A DNA stretch of 64,000 nt from Octopus sinensis (GCF_006345805.1 NC_043008.1:71424001-71488000), one strand, 5' to 3'. Counted from the stretch's first letter, positions 41,279-56,243 are shown. Program-made: numbers and translations. Notes: generated by a model not told the origin, from the sequence alone.

Positions 41279-42953
41279 TAATAATAATAATGATTAAAAA
41301 AATAATAATAATAAATGTCCTGATGCAGTACCGGGCAGTGGCTCCCGTGGCTGCTGATCTTAACTGATTGGAAATGCTTTCATGTACTTTATTTTGCATT
41401 GGTATAAAAGATGGGCTACAGCAAATATCTTGCAAAATAACACAGATGTGCTTGTCAGTTGTTTGACTTTAACCAGCTGAGCATGTCCTTTGGTTGCTGA
41501 CGATGTGTGCATCTCTGGTCACGAGCAGAAGTAGTAGGGGAGCACCATAGCCGTGTTTTGAGAGGAATTCTTTCGAGTTTGAATAATTCACCTATGGAAA
41601 CATCAGTGTTTCATTTGATATCCTTAAACAACCTTTATTCAATGACCAGTTGAGTGGGAGGGACTACGCGACCTGAAGAAAATTGTAACTGGTCCCTGAC
41701 TGCTAAGTCATGCGCTATTTATCAATGTATGGGATTAGCATGTCGCGCACATATGGTTGTGATACATGTGTTTGGTAGACAGGTAGTCATGATGGGTATA
41801 CTGGGCTTCGTATATTTTATGCAAGTGTCACTTTGATGGCACGCTCTGCTTTCTCACTCACTCAACAACAACAACAACAACAACAATAGTAATAATAATG
41901 TTAAGGGTGATGCACAAAATAATTTTCATAACGACATTTACCATGCTGCACCTACACATTCCGATGACGATAATGATGAAGACGACGACAACACAAACGC
42001 AAAAGCGATGATGAAAAATTTGTTGATGGGGATACTTCTGCTGACGATATTGATTTATTACTTGCAGGGTTTGTGATCGAGAACGACAATTAGAAACTAC
42101 GAAATATTTTGGTTATGACATGTAATAAACAAGAAAACATGTTTGTGTATACACAAGCACACGCATACGCAGACGCACACGAGCGCACACAGAAACACAG
42201 CAATAAAAAACGCATATAGGCGCATACATTCAGATGTATATGTACGTGCGTATAAGTATTTATATATGTGTGTGTGTGATAGTGTGCATCAGCGTGGCTT
42301 TCTGAAATGTATGAAGGTGTCTATGGCTCTATGAATGTATGAGTGTGTATGCACGTGCGTGTGCGTTAGAAGGAATGAGAGAGAGAGAAGGAGAGAAATG
42401 GAGAGTGAGTGAGAAAACGTGTGTGTGTATATTCAGATAAATATATGTTTGAAAACAAATGCGCACATATTGAAATAAATACAACACAGTTCTCCCTATG
42501 TACAATTTATCCAAACATCGCGCATACATACTTAAACACACGGGCACACACATACATACACATCCATACACACGCATATAGTTAGCCAACATTTCTATAT
42601 CTCTGGATTTACCTTTTGACATTTTTTGACTAGATTTTAAATAATTCTTCCTCCATATTTATAGCGTTTGGATTCGCTTAAATAGCTAGCATCCCCTCCA
42701 CCACAACCACTGCTACTACTACTAATACTACTACTGCTGCTGCTGCTTATGACGGTGGTGATATCGATGATACTGTTGGCACTACCAGCCCTGTTGCACT
42801 TACGAATACTAACAATAATAATTATTCCCAATAATAAAATGAATATCAATAATGATGATGATGAAGATAATAATAATAATGACAACAGCAAAAATATGTG
42901 AATAATCAAATATAGTAGTAATTATAATGATATTATTATTATCATCACTTTTA

Positions 42954-42985
42954 TAATAATAATAATAATAATGCTAATAATAATG

Positions 42986-43064
<79 letters not shown>
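42954..43064. repeat. (AAT)n microsatellite
   Basis: Direct reading. Confidence 0.95.
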
Positions 43065-43065
<1 letters not shown>

Positions 43066-43858
43066 TGAATAATGGTATTAACAATGATAGTAATAATGAA
43101 AATAATAACAGAATAACTGCTACGACAAGCATAACAGGAAATGGTTGGCTTCTCTCAGAATCTATTCTGTGTTACTATTGGCTATATCCCCTTAGCGTTC
43201 ATTCACTTGTTAAATGTGGACCAACCATCCGGAAATATTGGCACCATAGTTTGTGTCTGCAAGGTTTAGGCATAATACAACAATGGTTTCATTTAAAATT
43301 CCTTATCTTCTTTCTATTTCCTTGTTTTAATTTTTCTTTTGCCATATTTTTTTCCGTTGATGATGTTGTAATTTTAGTTGTTGTTGATGTTGATTGTGCT
43401 TTGAAAAATCAATAAAAACTGAATGTTATCACTACGATATCTTTACGACCTACTAAAAACCACGCACATACATATACACAGACATATACACATACACACA
43501 AGCAACACGCATACACAAACCTAAACATACATATAGAAACATATTAATGATAAAAGCAGTTGGAAGGAATGCAAATAATTCTTTCCTATTTCAATGCACT
43601 GAAAACATGCAGCGTATCAGAATACCTTATAATTCAAAAGGGACCGCATGAGGAATCAGTTTACTGAGAGGATACATGGTGATATAGTTCAGTCGGATGC
43701 TAGAAACATTTATGATGTATTTCACTTAGGATTGAAAATTGTGAGCACACTCGCACAATCATCGTGAGAGGTAGACTCCTCAATTCTGCAAAATGTTTTT
43801 ATAAACAAATACATACATACATACATATATACATATCCACATGTATATGTACGTCTAC

Positions 43859-43890
<32 letters not shown>

Positions 43891-46255
43891 GTGTGTGTGG
43901 GAGGAGTGCGCGAGTAGGAAAACGCAGTGCTAATCCTTTTATCTTTCAAGGTCTCCGAGTTGCTGAATGAATGGTTTTGTTTACGCGAAATTGAAGGCGT
44001 GGCGTCGCCCTTTGATATCCGTTGTTGTTCTGTTTTTGTTCTGAGCATTTGCAAATGGAAATATTTTAAAATTCAGCATTTCCTTTCCAGCAAGCGTTGC
44101 TATTTGTCCACTTAATGTAATTTTGGGGAATTTCCAGAATTCATCTATTGTTTAGGAACATCTTCTTCCTGTGCAATGATAATGTAGTTTGTCCAATATA
44201 TTTTTCCAAGAAGCCACAGTAGGTGGTGAAGAGCTAGAGAAATAGTCGGTGAGAGAAAAGAGGGAGAGGAAAGTGTTAACGACGTGCGGTATGGCGGGGA
44301 AAGGAAATGTAAAGAGAAAGAGATATTTTAAGGATACAATATTTAGCAGAGTGTGATGTTTTTGTGGTGAGGTTAAAGAAAGGCAGATAAAGAGAGATGG
44401 GCAGGGAAAGCAATTACTTTAAATGAGAATGAGAGAGAGGGAGAGAGAGAGAGACAGATAGAGTTTGCATTATCAGGGTTGAGATACATCGACAACAAGA
44501 AAAACAGCTGAACTGAACTGAAATGTAATCAGATTTGTTATTGAATACTATAATGAAGATGGTGGTGGTGGTGGTGTGTTGATTGTAAAAAGTATATTGA
44601 ACTAAATCTAAAATATATTTCTCTACCTGTTCATTCATACTTTACGCTATATAGTTTGTTAGAGAGGAGGAAGGATGTGAAATAAGAGAGAGGAAGAAAG
44701 AATGTGTGAGTGAATGAGAGGGCAGATAACCAGCCGATATAATATGCTGTCACTGATGTACTTAGTGGAAGTGAGATGCGAAGAGAAAGAGAGAAACGAT
44801 AAAGATGTGAAGAGGAGAATTACATAGTTATAGAGTTTTTTGAAGAGGTAAAGAGAAAGAGAAAAATATAAAGTGCTTAGATAAGAGAAATTTTAAAATC
44901 ATGTCAAATATTGTAACTGGAAGTGAAATAACTTAGCAAAATATTAATTGGAATGAAAATCATTGTTTCTTGCTTAAATAGCTTCTCTTACACTTTTCCG
45001 CTCTGTTGAATTTCCAAGGGTCCTGCTAGTAAAAATGTTGGGACCTGTAAGAGGAATTTTCTGTTGATTGAAAGAATTATTCATCCTGGTATATATATAT
45101 ATATATATTATTGTTATTATTATGTATATGCATGAATATATGTACGACAGTAGAATAGAATGGAAAAATTAATTCATATCCAAAACTTGACAAGCCGATG
45201 AGAGATGTACAACATTGCAGGTACTCATTTTCAGTTGGGTAGATTGGAACAACTTGTAACGATGTACCTTCCTCAAGAACATACACTGCCCTATGCAAGA
45301 ATCGAAACGACAACATTTATAATTTGATGTAAACATGTTAACTACTGGGACACGTGCCTTCTGACACATGAAGTCGCATGTATGTATGTATATATATGTA
45401 TATATATATGACTGTGTGTGTGCATGTGTGTGTGTATATATATATAAATATAATATCTATGCGTGTGTATCTTAGTGTCTGTTTATGTTCTCATAGGCTT
45501 TATTAAGTATGTACTGGTCTCAATTACTTCAGGACAGTGCCCCAGTATGGCCACAACCCAATGGCAAAAACAGGTTGCCAGTAAAAGATGTAAAATATAT
45601 AAAACCATTCATACACATATCTGCCTAGCAAAGCATGCACAGACATCATCATACAGACATTTCACCCTTTGAGAAATTTGTTCTCTCCACAATAATCGCA
45701 CTTTGAAAAATATAACAAAGCACTGCTTATCCTGCTAGAAAATTCTATCAACTGACTTTATTGTTCATATGTGGAATACTAAAACCATCCCTTAAAATTT
45801 TTTTTTTACAATTTTACTTGTTGAATTTGATACGGGGTTTTGGTAGAAATAAAATATTAAGTTGCCTCCTAGTATTGACTCCGGCACTTCCTGATTGCAA
45901 AATTAAGCTTTTGTAAACACTCATCCATCCGTGTATATATGAATAAGCATACTGTATAACAGACATTAATGATACAATCGCATATGAAATTATAGAAGGA
46001 TATATTTCAATACAAAATACTGTCACAAACACACGCACACAAACAACCGCATCTGGAAACGCTCACATATACGTGGAAGCATATATTGACATGCATATAT
46101 TTTTATATAAAATCTACCTATCTTTTTCTCTATTTCACTCTTTCTCTCATTCTCTTTCTCTCTCTCTCTCTTTCTTTCTCTCTCTCTATATATATGTGTG
46201 TGTGTGTATGTGTGTGTATGTGTGTGTGTGTGTGCATTTGCTTAGAAATGGATGC

Positions 46256-47592
46256 GTATAGGACGTCACCAACTGTGTAACCAACATGAAGTACGTAAAT
46301 AAACAAGTTGAATATACAAACAAAGAGAGAAAATGGAAAACAGGACAAGTAGCACAAAGAACACCTCTTCATCAGTTGTTGGCTGTCTTTCTACCCTCAT
46401 TCCGAGCATTCAACAACAATATGAGTCTTCGAACAATATTGCTCCCATAAATTCCAAAATAAAATTTTGATTTATGGAGGGTCAAAGTTGTGAATGAAAA
46501 CAGGACAGGGGAGACATACAAAGAAGCCGAACGAAAATAAGCATTAGACTAGAGCGAGAGGTAAATAGTGAACGCTGAGAGAAATATTTTCTTTGATAAG
46601 CGAAAAGATAGAAGAGAGAGAAAACGTGCAGTACTTAGTGCGTCGTGCAGGAAAATATAGATTGCCACGTGAGGAAAAGAAAGATGAACGATGGTTACGT
46701 GTGGGCAGCGAGAGAGAGAAAAAGAAAAAGAGGGGGAGAGAGGGACAGAAAACGGTGAAAGGGAGAAAAGGGAATTAGAGTAGGATGGTGGAGAAAACAG
46801 TATAGACTCATTGCCGTTGAATGCTCGAAATGAGGAGCAGATAGACAGCCGACAAATGTTGAAGGGTCGTTCTTTGTATTACTTTACTATTATTGTTTTC
46901 GTATTTCATATTGTTCACACAGTTGGTGACGTCCTGTAACATATATGCATATATATTATTTATATTATTATTTTATTGAACGTTACGCATCCATTTCCAA
47001 GAAAGTTTATCGTAACCTTTTTGATGCGACTCTACTCTATACTGTTTTCTTCACCATCCTTTTCTAATGCCTTCTTCTCCCCTTCGCTGTTTTCTATCTG
47101 TCTCTCTATCCCCTTCTTTCTCTTTTTCTCTCTTTCTCTCGTTGCTCACACGTCACCATCGTTTATCTTTCTTTTCCTCATGTGACAATCTTTCTTTTCC
47201 TGCACGACATATAAAGGATTGGACATTATCTATCTCTCTCTTCTATCTTTTCTCATTTCAAAGAAAGTATTGCTCCCAGCATTCAACATTTTCCACTTGT
47301 TCCGGTCTAACGCACCTCCATGTTTTCTTGCGTTCGGTTTCCTTGTGTGTCTCCACTGTCCTGTTTTGTCCCAACTTTAACCCTCCATAAATCCAAAATT
47401 ATATTTTGGAATTTATGGAAGCAACTGCCTTCGAAGAATTATAATGTCGTGGAATGCTCGAAATGAGGAGTAGATAGACAGTCTACGACTAATGAAGGGT
47501 CATTCTTTTTGATACTTGTCCTGTTTTCCATTGTTTTCTCTCGTTGTTGGTGTATCTAACCCATTTGTTTTTGTGCTTCATGTTGTTTACAC
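46256..47592. mobile_element. Three copies of a PLE-terminus-like repeat forming nested inverted repeats
   Basis: 46258-46430 is inverted relative to 46803-46940 (aggacgtcaccaactgtg / cacagttggtgacgtcct); 46290-46790 is inverted relative to 47050-47590. Confidence 0.8.
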
Positions 47593-47622
47593 TATTGTAC
47601 CTATATATGCATATATATATAT

Positions 47623-48621
47623 ATACAAAAATGGGACAAGAACACAAAACATCCAGACAGTTAGCTAATACAAAAAAAAAGGATAACAAAATATCCAGAC
47701 AAAAGATACAAAGAAAACAAGGACGGGTCATTCGGTGTTTTCTATCCTCAGTCGAGTTCCAGATTATCTTTGCAATTTCGGCTTGTTATACTCGAGATTG
47801 CACCAGTCTGGTCAGCCCCAAGGAAAAACTAAGCTAAGACCATTAGATTCCATGGAAGAAAGCAGTGAATGTATACGAAAACAAGGGCGAAATAAAAAAA
47901 AACAGAGAAATGTTGCGCAAATACAAAGGCAATTGCCAGGAAATAACAACATGTGTCATTCGAGTAAGGGCGATTTAAATTAAGCTGGCGTGTGTGGAGG
48001 TAAAGCACTACGGCAGAGACATAAGATTTTACAGGCACAGGGAGGAATACAGATGTTACGTGGATGGTAGTCGAACCAAGAAAGAAAGGGCAGGCCTGGT
48101 CCAACACCAGTCATAGGGGAGAGAAGAGGGAGAGGTAGAGACAGAAGGATAGAAGAATTAAGGAGGGGTGAGAAAAATGAAAGACAGTGAAGTGAAAGCA
48201 GAGGGAAGGTGAGCATGAAGAGAAGGCGAGGAAATGTGAGAGGGGGGTCGAAAGAACGAAGAGTGGAATGAATGAAGTCCCTGCCGTAAGGCTTTAGTTC
48301 CACACATTCCAGTTTAATTTAAGTCCTTAGTCGAAAGACAATTGTTGTTATGTCCTGTTAATTGTCTTTGTATTCGTGTAACATTTCTAAATATTTCCGT
48401 CCTTGTTTTCATTACTTTCGCTGCTTTCTTCCAAGGAATCTAATGCTCTTAGCTTAGTTCTTCTTTGGGGCTAGCCAGATTGGAGCAAGCTCGAGTATAA
48501 CCAACCATAATTGCAAAGATAATCTGGAACTAAATTTAGGATATAAAATTCCGAATGACCCGTCCTTGTTTTCTTTATATCGTCTGACAGGTTGTTTTGC
48601 GTTCTTGTCCCATTTTTGTAT
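47623..48621. mobile_element. Foldback element with ~340-400-bp inverted arms (PLE-terminus-like family)
   Basis: 47623-48020 (tacaaaaatgggacaagaac...) is the reverse complement of 48280-48621 (...gttcttgtcccatttttgta), with a purine-rich spacer; third diverged copy at 50090-50795. Confidence 0.85.
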
Positions 48622-48755
48622 TTTTTATATGGGAAATATAGCGGCATAGTGCACTTTGGCCTCTCTCTCTCTCTCTCCCTCTCTCCCATTCTCTCCCTCT
48701 ATATATGTATATATATATACATATATATAAATATATACACACACATATATATATA

Positions 48756-50007
48756 CTAACATTATGACCCGGCGTTGCCGGGTCATAGTGCTAGTTTGGT
48801 ATAAATTCGTTAAATTAAAAATTTGTGGTAATAAAACATACAATGACATATTAAAAAGACGAATTAAAATTCCAGAGAAAAATACATAGAAGATAAATAT
48901 ACAAATTTACAAAAATACATAAAAGTTCATCTACGGGCCGTTTCGGAGATGCGCGAATTAATATGAAACATATCATATATTTAAAATTGACATCCCCTCG
49001 TCAAGATGTTTTTACACACAACACATAGTACAATTAAACAAATGCACAATGACATACCGGCTACATGCGAAAGACCAGAAATTACGTACTCCCCAAAATT
49101 CTCATAGATACTGAATGCTACTTTATAAGCATATAATTCAATCTAGCAGCTATAGTAAATGGCATGCGCACAGCTCCATCTGGACTAATTCACTGCTGCA
49201 CTCAATTAAATTTTTAATCTTTTAATTTCTCCCATTCATGCAAAGCCACATATTCGAGTTCAAGCCCTTGATACATTTTATACTAATTGCTATTTTTTCT
49301 TTTAATTGTTATATTACGATTTAATTACCATACTTTAGTTTTATTTTAATTACTACTTACTATATCTACTATATTTAATTCAATTGTTATTATTACCTAA
49401 CTTTTATTGCTATTTTTATTTCTAAATTTCTTATGGAACGTCGAGTGGATCTTATGCGTACAATATATTTTTATATGATGTTTATATATTTGTATATTAC
49501 TATATATTTCTAAACGTCGGGCTTTATATCTGTTCTGTAGATATAAATGAATATATGAATATATGTATGTGTTTGATCTTTCTGTGGATTTTGTAGTGCT
49601 CTTGTAGTTGCTGCTCGCATTGCCTCCCCTTGGATTAAAAAGTGTATACAGCTCATTTGAGCACTACTATTCCAGTCTGTTATATATTTTGAGCGTTGTT
49701 GTCACTAACGATCTCAAGATATAAATTTATATTCTGTAATATATATATATACATCCATATACATACAATAGAGAGATGTTTTTGTTTCACTTTTAACGCG
49801 TAATACTGAAATAGTGCAGAATATATGACATTGCTGTGGGCTCTCCCTAGGCAAGAAGTTGAACATTTTTTTTGCCCGTGAAACTACATGGACCCTTAGT
49901 CATGCATGTGTAAAATTTGTATGAAATTGGTTGTGTAGTTCTCAAGTTTTACGGAAACACACTCACAGACAGACAGACACACATTCTCAGTTTTTTATAT
50001 ATAGAGA
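48756..50007 (-). mobile_element. Non-autonomous Helitron
   Basis: Minus-strand 5' end A|TCTCTATATATAAAAAACTGAGAATGTGTGTCTGTCTGTCTG; 3' hairpin tatgacccggc(aac)gccgggtcata followed by atgTTAG|T; inserted between A and T with no TSD. Confidence 0.8.
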
Positions 50008-50089
50008 TACATACATAGATACACACACACATATATATACATGACAGGTGCAATATATATGCTTGTAAGTAAATATGTATCTAAATTCT

Positions 50090-50795
50090 GTATAACTTTT
50101 CTTTCTCCTTCGTTTAGTCCCCCTTATACTGTCTTCTTCCTTTCCTTCTTGCTTTTTCTCGCTCCCCATCTCACACGTTGCTTGGCATTCTCTTTCGTTA
50201 AACTTTCTACTTTCCTTCATTATCTCATATGTACGTTTCTTTCTATCCCTCTCTCACATTCTCTCTTTCTCTTTCTCTCTCTAGTTCCTTCCCTAATTCT
50301 TCAATTTGCCCCTACCTCTCTCTACTCCTTCCACGTGACTGGTGTTCGGCCAAGTATGATCTTTCTTTCTTGGCCTGACCTGTACCCGTGCAACACCTTG
50401 ATTTTCTATGTCCAGAATTTCCTCTATGTTTGCGCCACAAGGCTTTCACTCCTCACGCCAGCTGAACTTAACTTGTCTTTATTAGTCAAAAGGCACATTT
50501 TGTTTTTCTTTTGTTGTTTGTCTTTGTAATCTTCTCCGGTTTTTTTTTGTCTGTGCTGTACACATTCGCCTGCTTTCTTCCAAAACGTTAATGCCCTTAT
50601 CTTAGATTTTTTGTGGGGTGGAGTTACCAGTTTTGAATAGTCTGAAGTGTAACAGGCTGAAACTGTAATGTTAATTGCAAGCTTCACTGATGAATAGAGG
50701 GCCGCAGATGATCCATCCTGGTTTTTCCTGTCTGTCTTTGTATCGTCTATCTGTCCGTATGCTTTAATTGTCTGTTACGTTCTTATTCCATTTAA
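50090..50795 (+). mobile_element. Diverged copy of the 47623-48621 repeat family
   Basis: tgactggtgttcggcca..ctttctttcttgg; cacgccagctgaacttaa; cgcctgctttcttccaa; gttcttattccattt. Confidence 0.75.
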
Positions 50796-51062
50796 AAAAA
50801 ATTATATATACATATATATTAATACGAAAACTTATATAGCTTACGGCAACATTCAAACTTATGAAGTTAAAATATTTTACCTGCCATGTATAAAATAATA
50901 TCGAAATACCAATTTATTGCACTGCAATGTTCGTAATTTATACTTTACAACTCCATACACATTTTAATACTTCGACTGTTGCATTATAAAAGAACATACT
51001 ATTCCTTTGTAACTCATATATATATCTAAAAATATTACATGTGTATGTATGCGTGTGCCTGT

Positions 51063-51069
<7 letters not shown>

Positions 51070-51107
<38 letters not shown>

Positions 51108-51135
51108 AACACACACACAAACACACACACACACA

Positions 51136-51196
<61 letters not shown>

Positions 51197-51208
51197 ACAC
51201 ACACACAC
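51070..51208. repeat. (CA)n microsatellite
   Basis: Direct reading. Confidence 0.95.
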
Positions 51209-51472
51209 ATGAATTTAGGTCAGTTAAAGTATGTTTCTGATATATTTTAACTTCTAAAGACAAATTCAATGGAGTTTCGCTTATGATAAAATGAGTAAAA
51301 CCCCATATCTGCTATATGTCTTCCTCTAGCGGACTACCAGAGACATCTCTTGCTCATTAGCCAGGAGATACCCACAAGACACAACCATAAACAGATAGTA
51401 AAGACGTACTTTTATCTTAGAACAGACGATAGCAATGAGTTAGAACAGTTGTGGACAGCCTGGTCAGAATAT

Positions 51473-51790
51473 TTATAATGGTATTAGTGTCAAGCATTAA
51501 TGTATTATAAACGAGTTATAGGTGAGTTAAAATATGTTTGTAGCATATTTTCACTGTTAAAAGCAAATTCAGCGCAGTTACCGTGGAGAAAGCATTCTTA
51601 CTTTTGGTAAATATTCAAAAAAAATCATACCTGTTCAGCGTCTCCTTTTAGCAGAAGCCATAATAATCTTTTCTTTGCGGTACTGCACTGAATTTCCCTT
51701 TCGAATTTGAGATATGTCAGAAACATATTTTAACAAATTTAATATTCGTTTACTCATCAACACTGCTTAAGCGCTGATACCACTTTATAT
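51473..51790. mobile_element. Old foldback element with ~140-bp diverged inverted arms; partial third copy at 51215-51282
   Basis: gttaaaatatgttt..aaattcagcgcagttaccg versus cggtactgcactgaattt..aaacatattttaac. Confidence 0.7.
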
Positions 51791-53104
51791 AGATGTAAAC
51801 ACACACACACAAAACACACATATACATATATGTGTGAGTGTGTATGTTTGCGTGCGCGTGTGTCTGTATTTGTGTGTGTTTGAGTCTTATTCGTAATAGA
51901 TATATAAACAGGGAAAACTTACCTATCTTCGCTTAAGGCTTGGGTTCTCATCAATTTGACCAATCCCAGCGAAACAAGCTCATATTTGGTTTATTTATTC
52001 AAGGACTAAGAGTTTCCTGATTTTGGCACTTAGCCACGAAACTTCTTGTCCTTGAGACACATTGCTAAATATCAGTAATATCAGGGTGTGTACATATGTG
52101 TATGTATATTTATAATATAAAAGTTTTGGTTCCCAGTACCTTTCACTATAGCCCAGGGATGACCAATGCCTTCCAAGTGGATTTAGTAGAGAGGAACTGA
52201 AAGACGCTTGTTGCTTTTAACATACGTATTTGTGTCTTTGTGCTTCTGTTTTATCTTTTGCAATACTCGTCCACAGTTATTAGATATCTAATGTCATCGT
52301 GCAGTGGAAATGCTCTTGTTATTAGATATACATCAATAATTCCACTGTATCCGTTGAGTATGTATAAATAGAAAAAGGATAAAAATGGAATGAACGGTGC
52401 TCTGTGTATTTAAAGTCACTAGAATTGTTTAAGTACATATTTACTCTAGTATTAGATTGTTGAAATGTTGGGAAATCATTATCATACACCCAACGTGTAA
52501 AATGCGCACCCCTCAGATGTTTGTTTCGATATGTTCCTCGTTAGATTCTATTTGTCTGTTACAATATTAATGGCTTTAGTTTTGTATGTAAACTGAGCAT
52601 GAACTCTTACACTGTGTGAAATAACAGTTGGATCATTAGATCCTACTATTATTTTACACCTTGGATAGAGGGTAATGACTACACAGCTTCTCACAAACGT
52701 ACGGCAGGTGTAAAATTGCTTCGAACTTCATCATGTTCTCTTCAGTTGCTATTTTTCTTTTCTACATTCATTTATTCCCTCTATGTGTAGAAACCACCCC
52801 CACTCACTTCTGTTTCTTTATTCTACACTATCTCTATTTCATCCCTCCTATGTCGTAGAAATTCTCCTCGTCTCTCTTTCGTCCTTTTTCTGTCGTCTCC
52901 ATTATTTCAACTGTTTAAATCCATAGAAACCTATTGTAAAATCTTCAGGGGACTCTTTACTGGTTGTATACCCTTCACGTACTTTTTGAATATTCCCTCT
53001 GTAAATTAGGAGTATTATGATTATTCATGAAACAGCTGCCGATTTCTGAAATTATGTATTTTCTTCATATCTCTGCATATTTTGTGACCCAGTCGTATAT
53101 ATAC

Positions 53105-53195
<91 letters not shown>

Positions 53196-55440
53196 ATGTA
53201 TATGTGTATGTATGTATATGCATACACACTCATATATATATCAGTGTTTATCTGATTTTACCTATGTATATACAGGTATGTGTATGTGTGTTAATACGTA
53301 TACATAGACCTGTATATAATTTTATAAGTATGAATAAATATGTCCATGCCAATGTGCAGTTGTGTACCTTCCAGAAATACGATAACTTTATTTCCAATGA
53401 CATAATTATCGACAAATCTTTGCCGAACTTTTCTCATTACAGTGATGTATATCATTGATTTTAAACATATCAAATAAGTGGCATGTTCAAATTCAAGCCA
53501 AACTTTTATTCACACTGTATTTATCATTGTTAGAAGCCATACGATAAATCACAATGGAATTGGGTAAGACGTTTGCAATAAGAGAAATTTTGCTATTCAA
53601 AATTGTGGCAAGAAACTCGTTTAATAAAGCAACCTGGTTGTAATAGTGTACCCTTGCTTTCTTCAGTGGTATGAAACTGGTTCAATTCTAAGAATTGAAA
53701 AGGGGTGAAGAAGTAACTGCATGAAAGTCGATTAGCGACTAAATATCGATTTCTTGCCTTCGCACTTCACACCAGCTCGTTGATTTCATTGGGTGTCTGC
53801 TTATTACAGGTCTCTCAAACGGTAGAAGAGAATTTGAATCGCGTTGCTTACATTGATACTTTGTATATAAGCGCCACCTCGCCTTTTTATTTCGTTATAA
53901 ATATATTTTAATGAGCAGTAGGTTTTTTCTCTTCTAAAATTATTAGGAATCTAAAACAGTGTTAGGCTAATATTCTTCCTAATTACAAAGATGTCTAGGC
54001 ACGTTGTGTTTCTATAATTTCTGCTGTTATAATCCATTGTGAGATTCCACTTTCTCTGCGATTGGATTAACATATCTCAGGCAAATTTCTTACTATTTTA
54101 TACAGTGCCAGCTCTCTTAATAAATTCCATGTTAATTTCACGTCACACTACGGAAGCGAACGAAATTATATAAAACCCGAGACCGCTGGTGGTTAAGTGT
54201 CTTGTTCATAGACATGGCAGCAGCAGAGACTACAAGGAACGAGCCATTGCTTGGTTATTTCGTACTTTATCGATTCAGCTATTGGCATTTTTCTTTAATT
54301 GTCAGGAAAGCTAAGGATGATTGTTAGCAAAATCGTTATAATGCCGAACAAACTGCCATGCAATATTTAATTACTTCTCTTTATGTTCTGATTTTAAATA
54401 TTGTAGGGGTCAACCTTCAGTTTCCTCCCCCTCGGCCGATTAAATAGGTGTAGGTCAACAACCTTGATCGATATAATCGATTGTTTCCTCCCACAAACGT
54501 CGTTGTCTCCTGATAATTGATTAGAAATCAATGTTCAGGAAAATTGATATTGCCACTGATCCGCCTTCTCCTAACATTCAAACAAATACGTTTTAGACTA
54601 TAATGCCCCCAGTCTATGATATGCACCAGTGGACCAGTCAAAGAGGTAGCTTGTACACGCACACCCAACCTGCTGGAAATAGCAGTCGCACCATCCCTCT
54701 CTCGATCAAGTCTAGCAGGAAATAACTACATCACATTTAGGAAGGTAAATCTATTTTAGGAAGGAAAAGTTCTGGGTTCCTTATACAAAGAAATGGACCT
54801 GATAGTCAAGGTTGGAATTCCTTGTTTTATCGATCAAGTTTTATCGATCAAGGTTGATTCAGGGTTAAAAAGCAACCAGAAAGTACAAATATAAATGCAT
54901 AACCTAAGTAACATTCAAAATACAAATACACACAAAACCTATTTGTCTTCTGCTTTCATTTTCAAAGGAACAAAAAATCCCAATATCTGCTTTACGTTTT
55001 ATCCCTTTTCGAATATTGGTATAAATAAACTTGTTATTTTCCGTCTCTCAGAAGCGAGTATCACCTGGTAATGCGTACCATACGTTTGCTCCATAGTTCA
55101 GGTGATTATGTAGCGTGATCAAACATACTAAGCGAAAGACTGATGACATGCCAGCTGTAGGAATGGGGTCTGCATCAACACTAGCCTGCTAAGCACTTTT
55201 GCTGAATGACTGGAGCAATTACAAAATAATGTGCCACCTGCGTAGGATTCGATTCCACGGTCTTATAGTCAATAGCCTATCACTGTACTCGTAGCCACAT
55301 AGCTTCATATATAATCAAACGGGATTTTATTGATTTGTTTCCGTCAATGAAAGGCACAGTTTATAACTGGATAATATTGTTAAATGTTTTTAGGAAAATA
55401 TTATTAAAGTGAAGGCACATTAACTTTGACAAAGTTAGAG

Positions 55441-55594
55441 CAGGTGTGGCTATGTGGTAAAATGTTAGCTTCCCGGGCACATAGATCCAGGTTCCGTCCC
55501 ACTGCGTGGCGTCTTCGGAAAGTGTCCTTCTACTATATCCTCGGGCATTTTAGTGGGTTTGGTTGACGATAAACTAAAACTAATTGAAAGAAGG
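55441..55594 (+). mobile_element. SINE family A 5' part, truncated by a family B copy
   Basis: caggtgtggctatgtggtaa..ggttccgtcccactgcgtggc. Confidence 0.75.
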
Positions 55595-56003
55595 TTGTCA
55601 GAAATGTTAGCACGACGAGCGCGAAATGCTTAGCAGTATTTCGTCTGCCGCTACGTGCTGAGTTCAAATTCCGCCAAGGTCGATTTTGCCTGTCATCCTT
55701 TTGGGGTCGATTAAATAAGTACCAGTTACGCACTGAGGTCGATATAATCGACTTAATCTGTTTGTCTGTCCTTGTTTGTCCTCTCTGTGTTTAGCCCCTT
55801 GTGGGTACTAAAGAAGCAGGTATTTCGTCTATCATTATGTTCAGAGTTCAAATTCTGCAGAGGTCGACTTTGCCTTTCATCCTTTCGGGGTCGATTAAAT
55901 AAGTACCAGTTACGCACTGAATCGATATAATCGACTTATTCCGTTTGCCTATCCTTGTTTGTCCCCTCTGAGTGCAGCCCCTTGTGAGCAGTAAAGAAAT
56001 AAA
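55595..56003 (+). mobile_element. SINE family B with a tandemly duplicated ~185-bp body
   Basis: gagttcaaatt...cgattaaataagtaccagttacgcactga...gccccttgtg occurs at ~55660-55815 and ~55843-56000. Confidence 0.88.
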
Positions 56004-56012
56004 AAGCTTGTC

Positions 56013-56046
<34 letters not shown>

Positions 56047-56243
56047 AAGAGAGAGAAGCAAACAGACAAAGAGTAAATGTCAGGCTTTAAAAAATTAGTA
56101 CTTTGGTCGATTTATGCGAATAAAGAAACAAGTAAAAAACGAAAGACACAAAATAAAAATTACATTTAGTTGTAAAGTGAGGGCAAGTAAGGCGTTTTAT
56201 ACGTTCCGTCAAAGCCTTGAATATTCGTCGATGAATAGTTAAA

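Noticed and set aside
49225-49300. Pif1-helicase-like words (YQG..YVAL) inside the Helitron
   Set aside because: Too short and degenerate to separate from chance.
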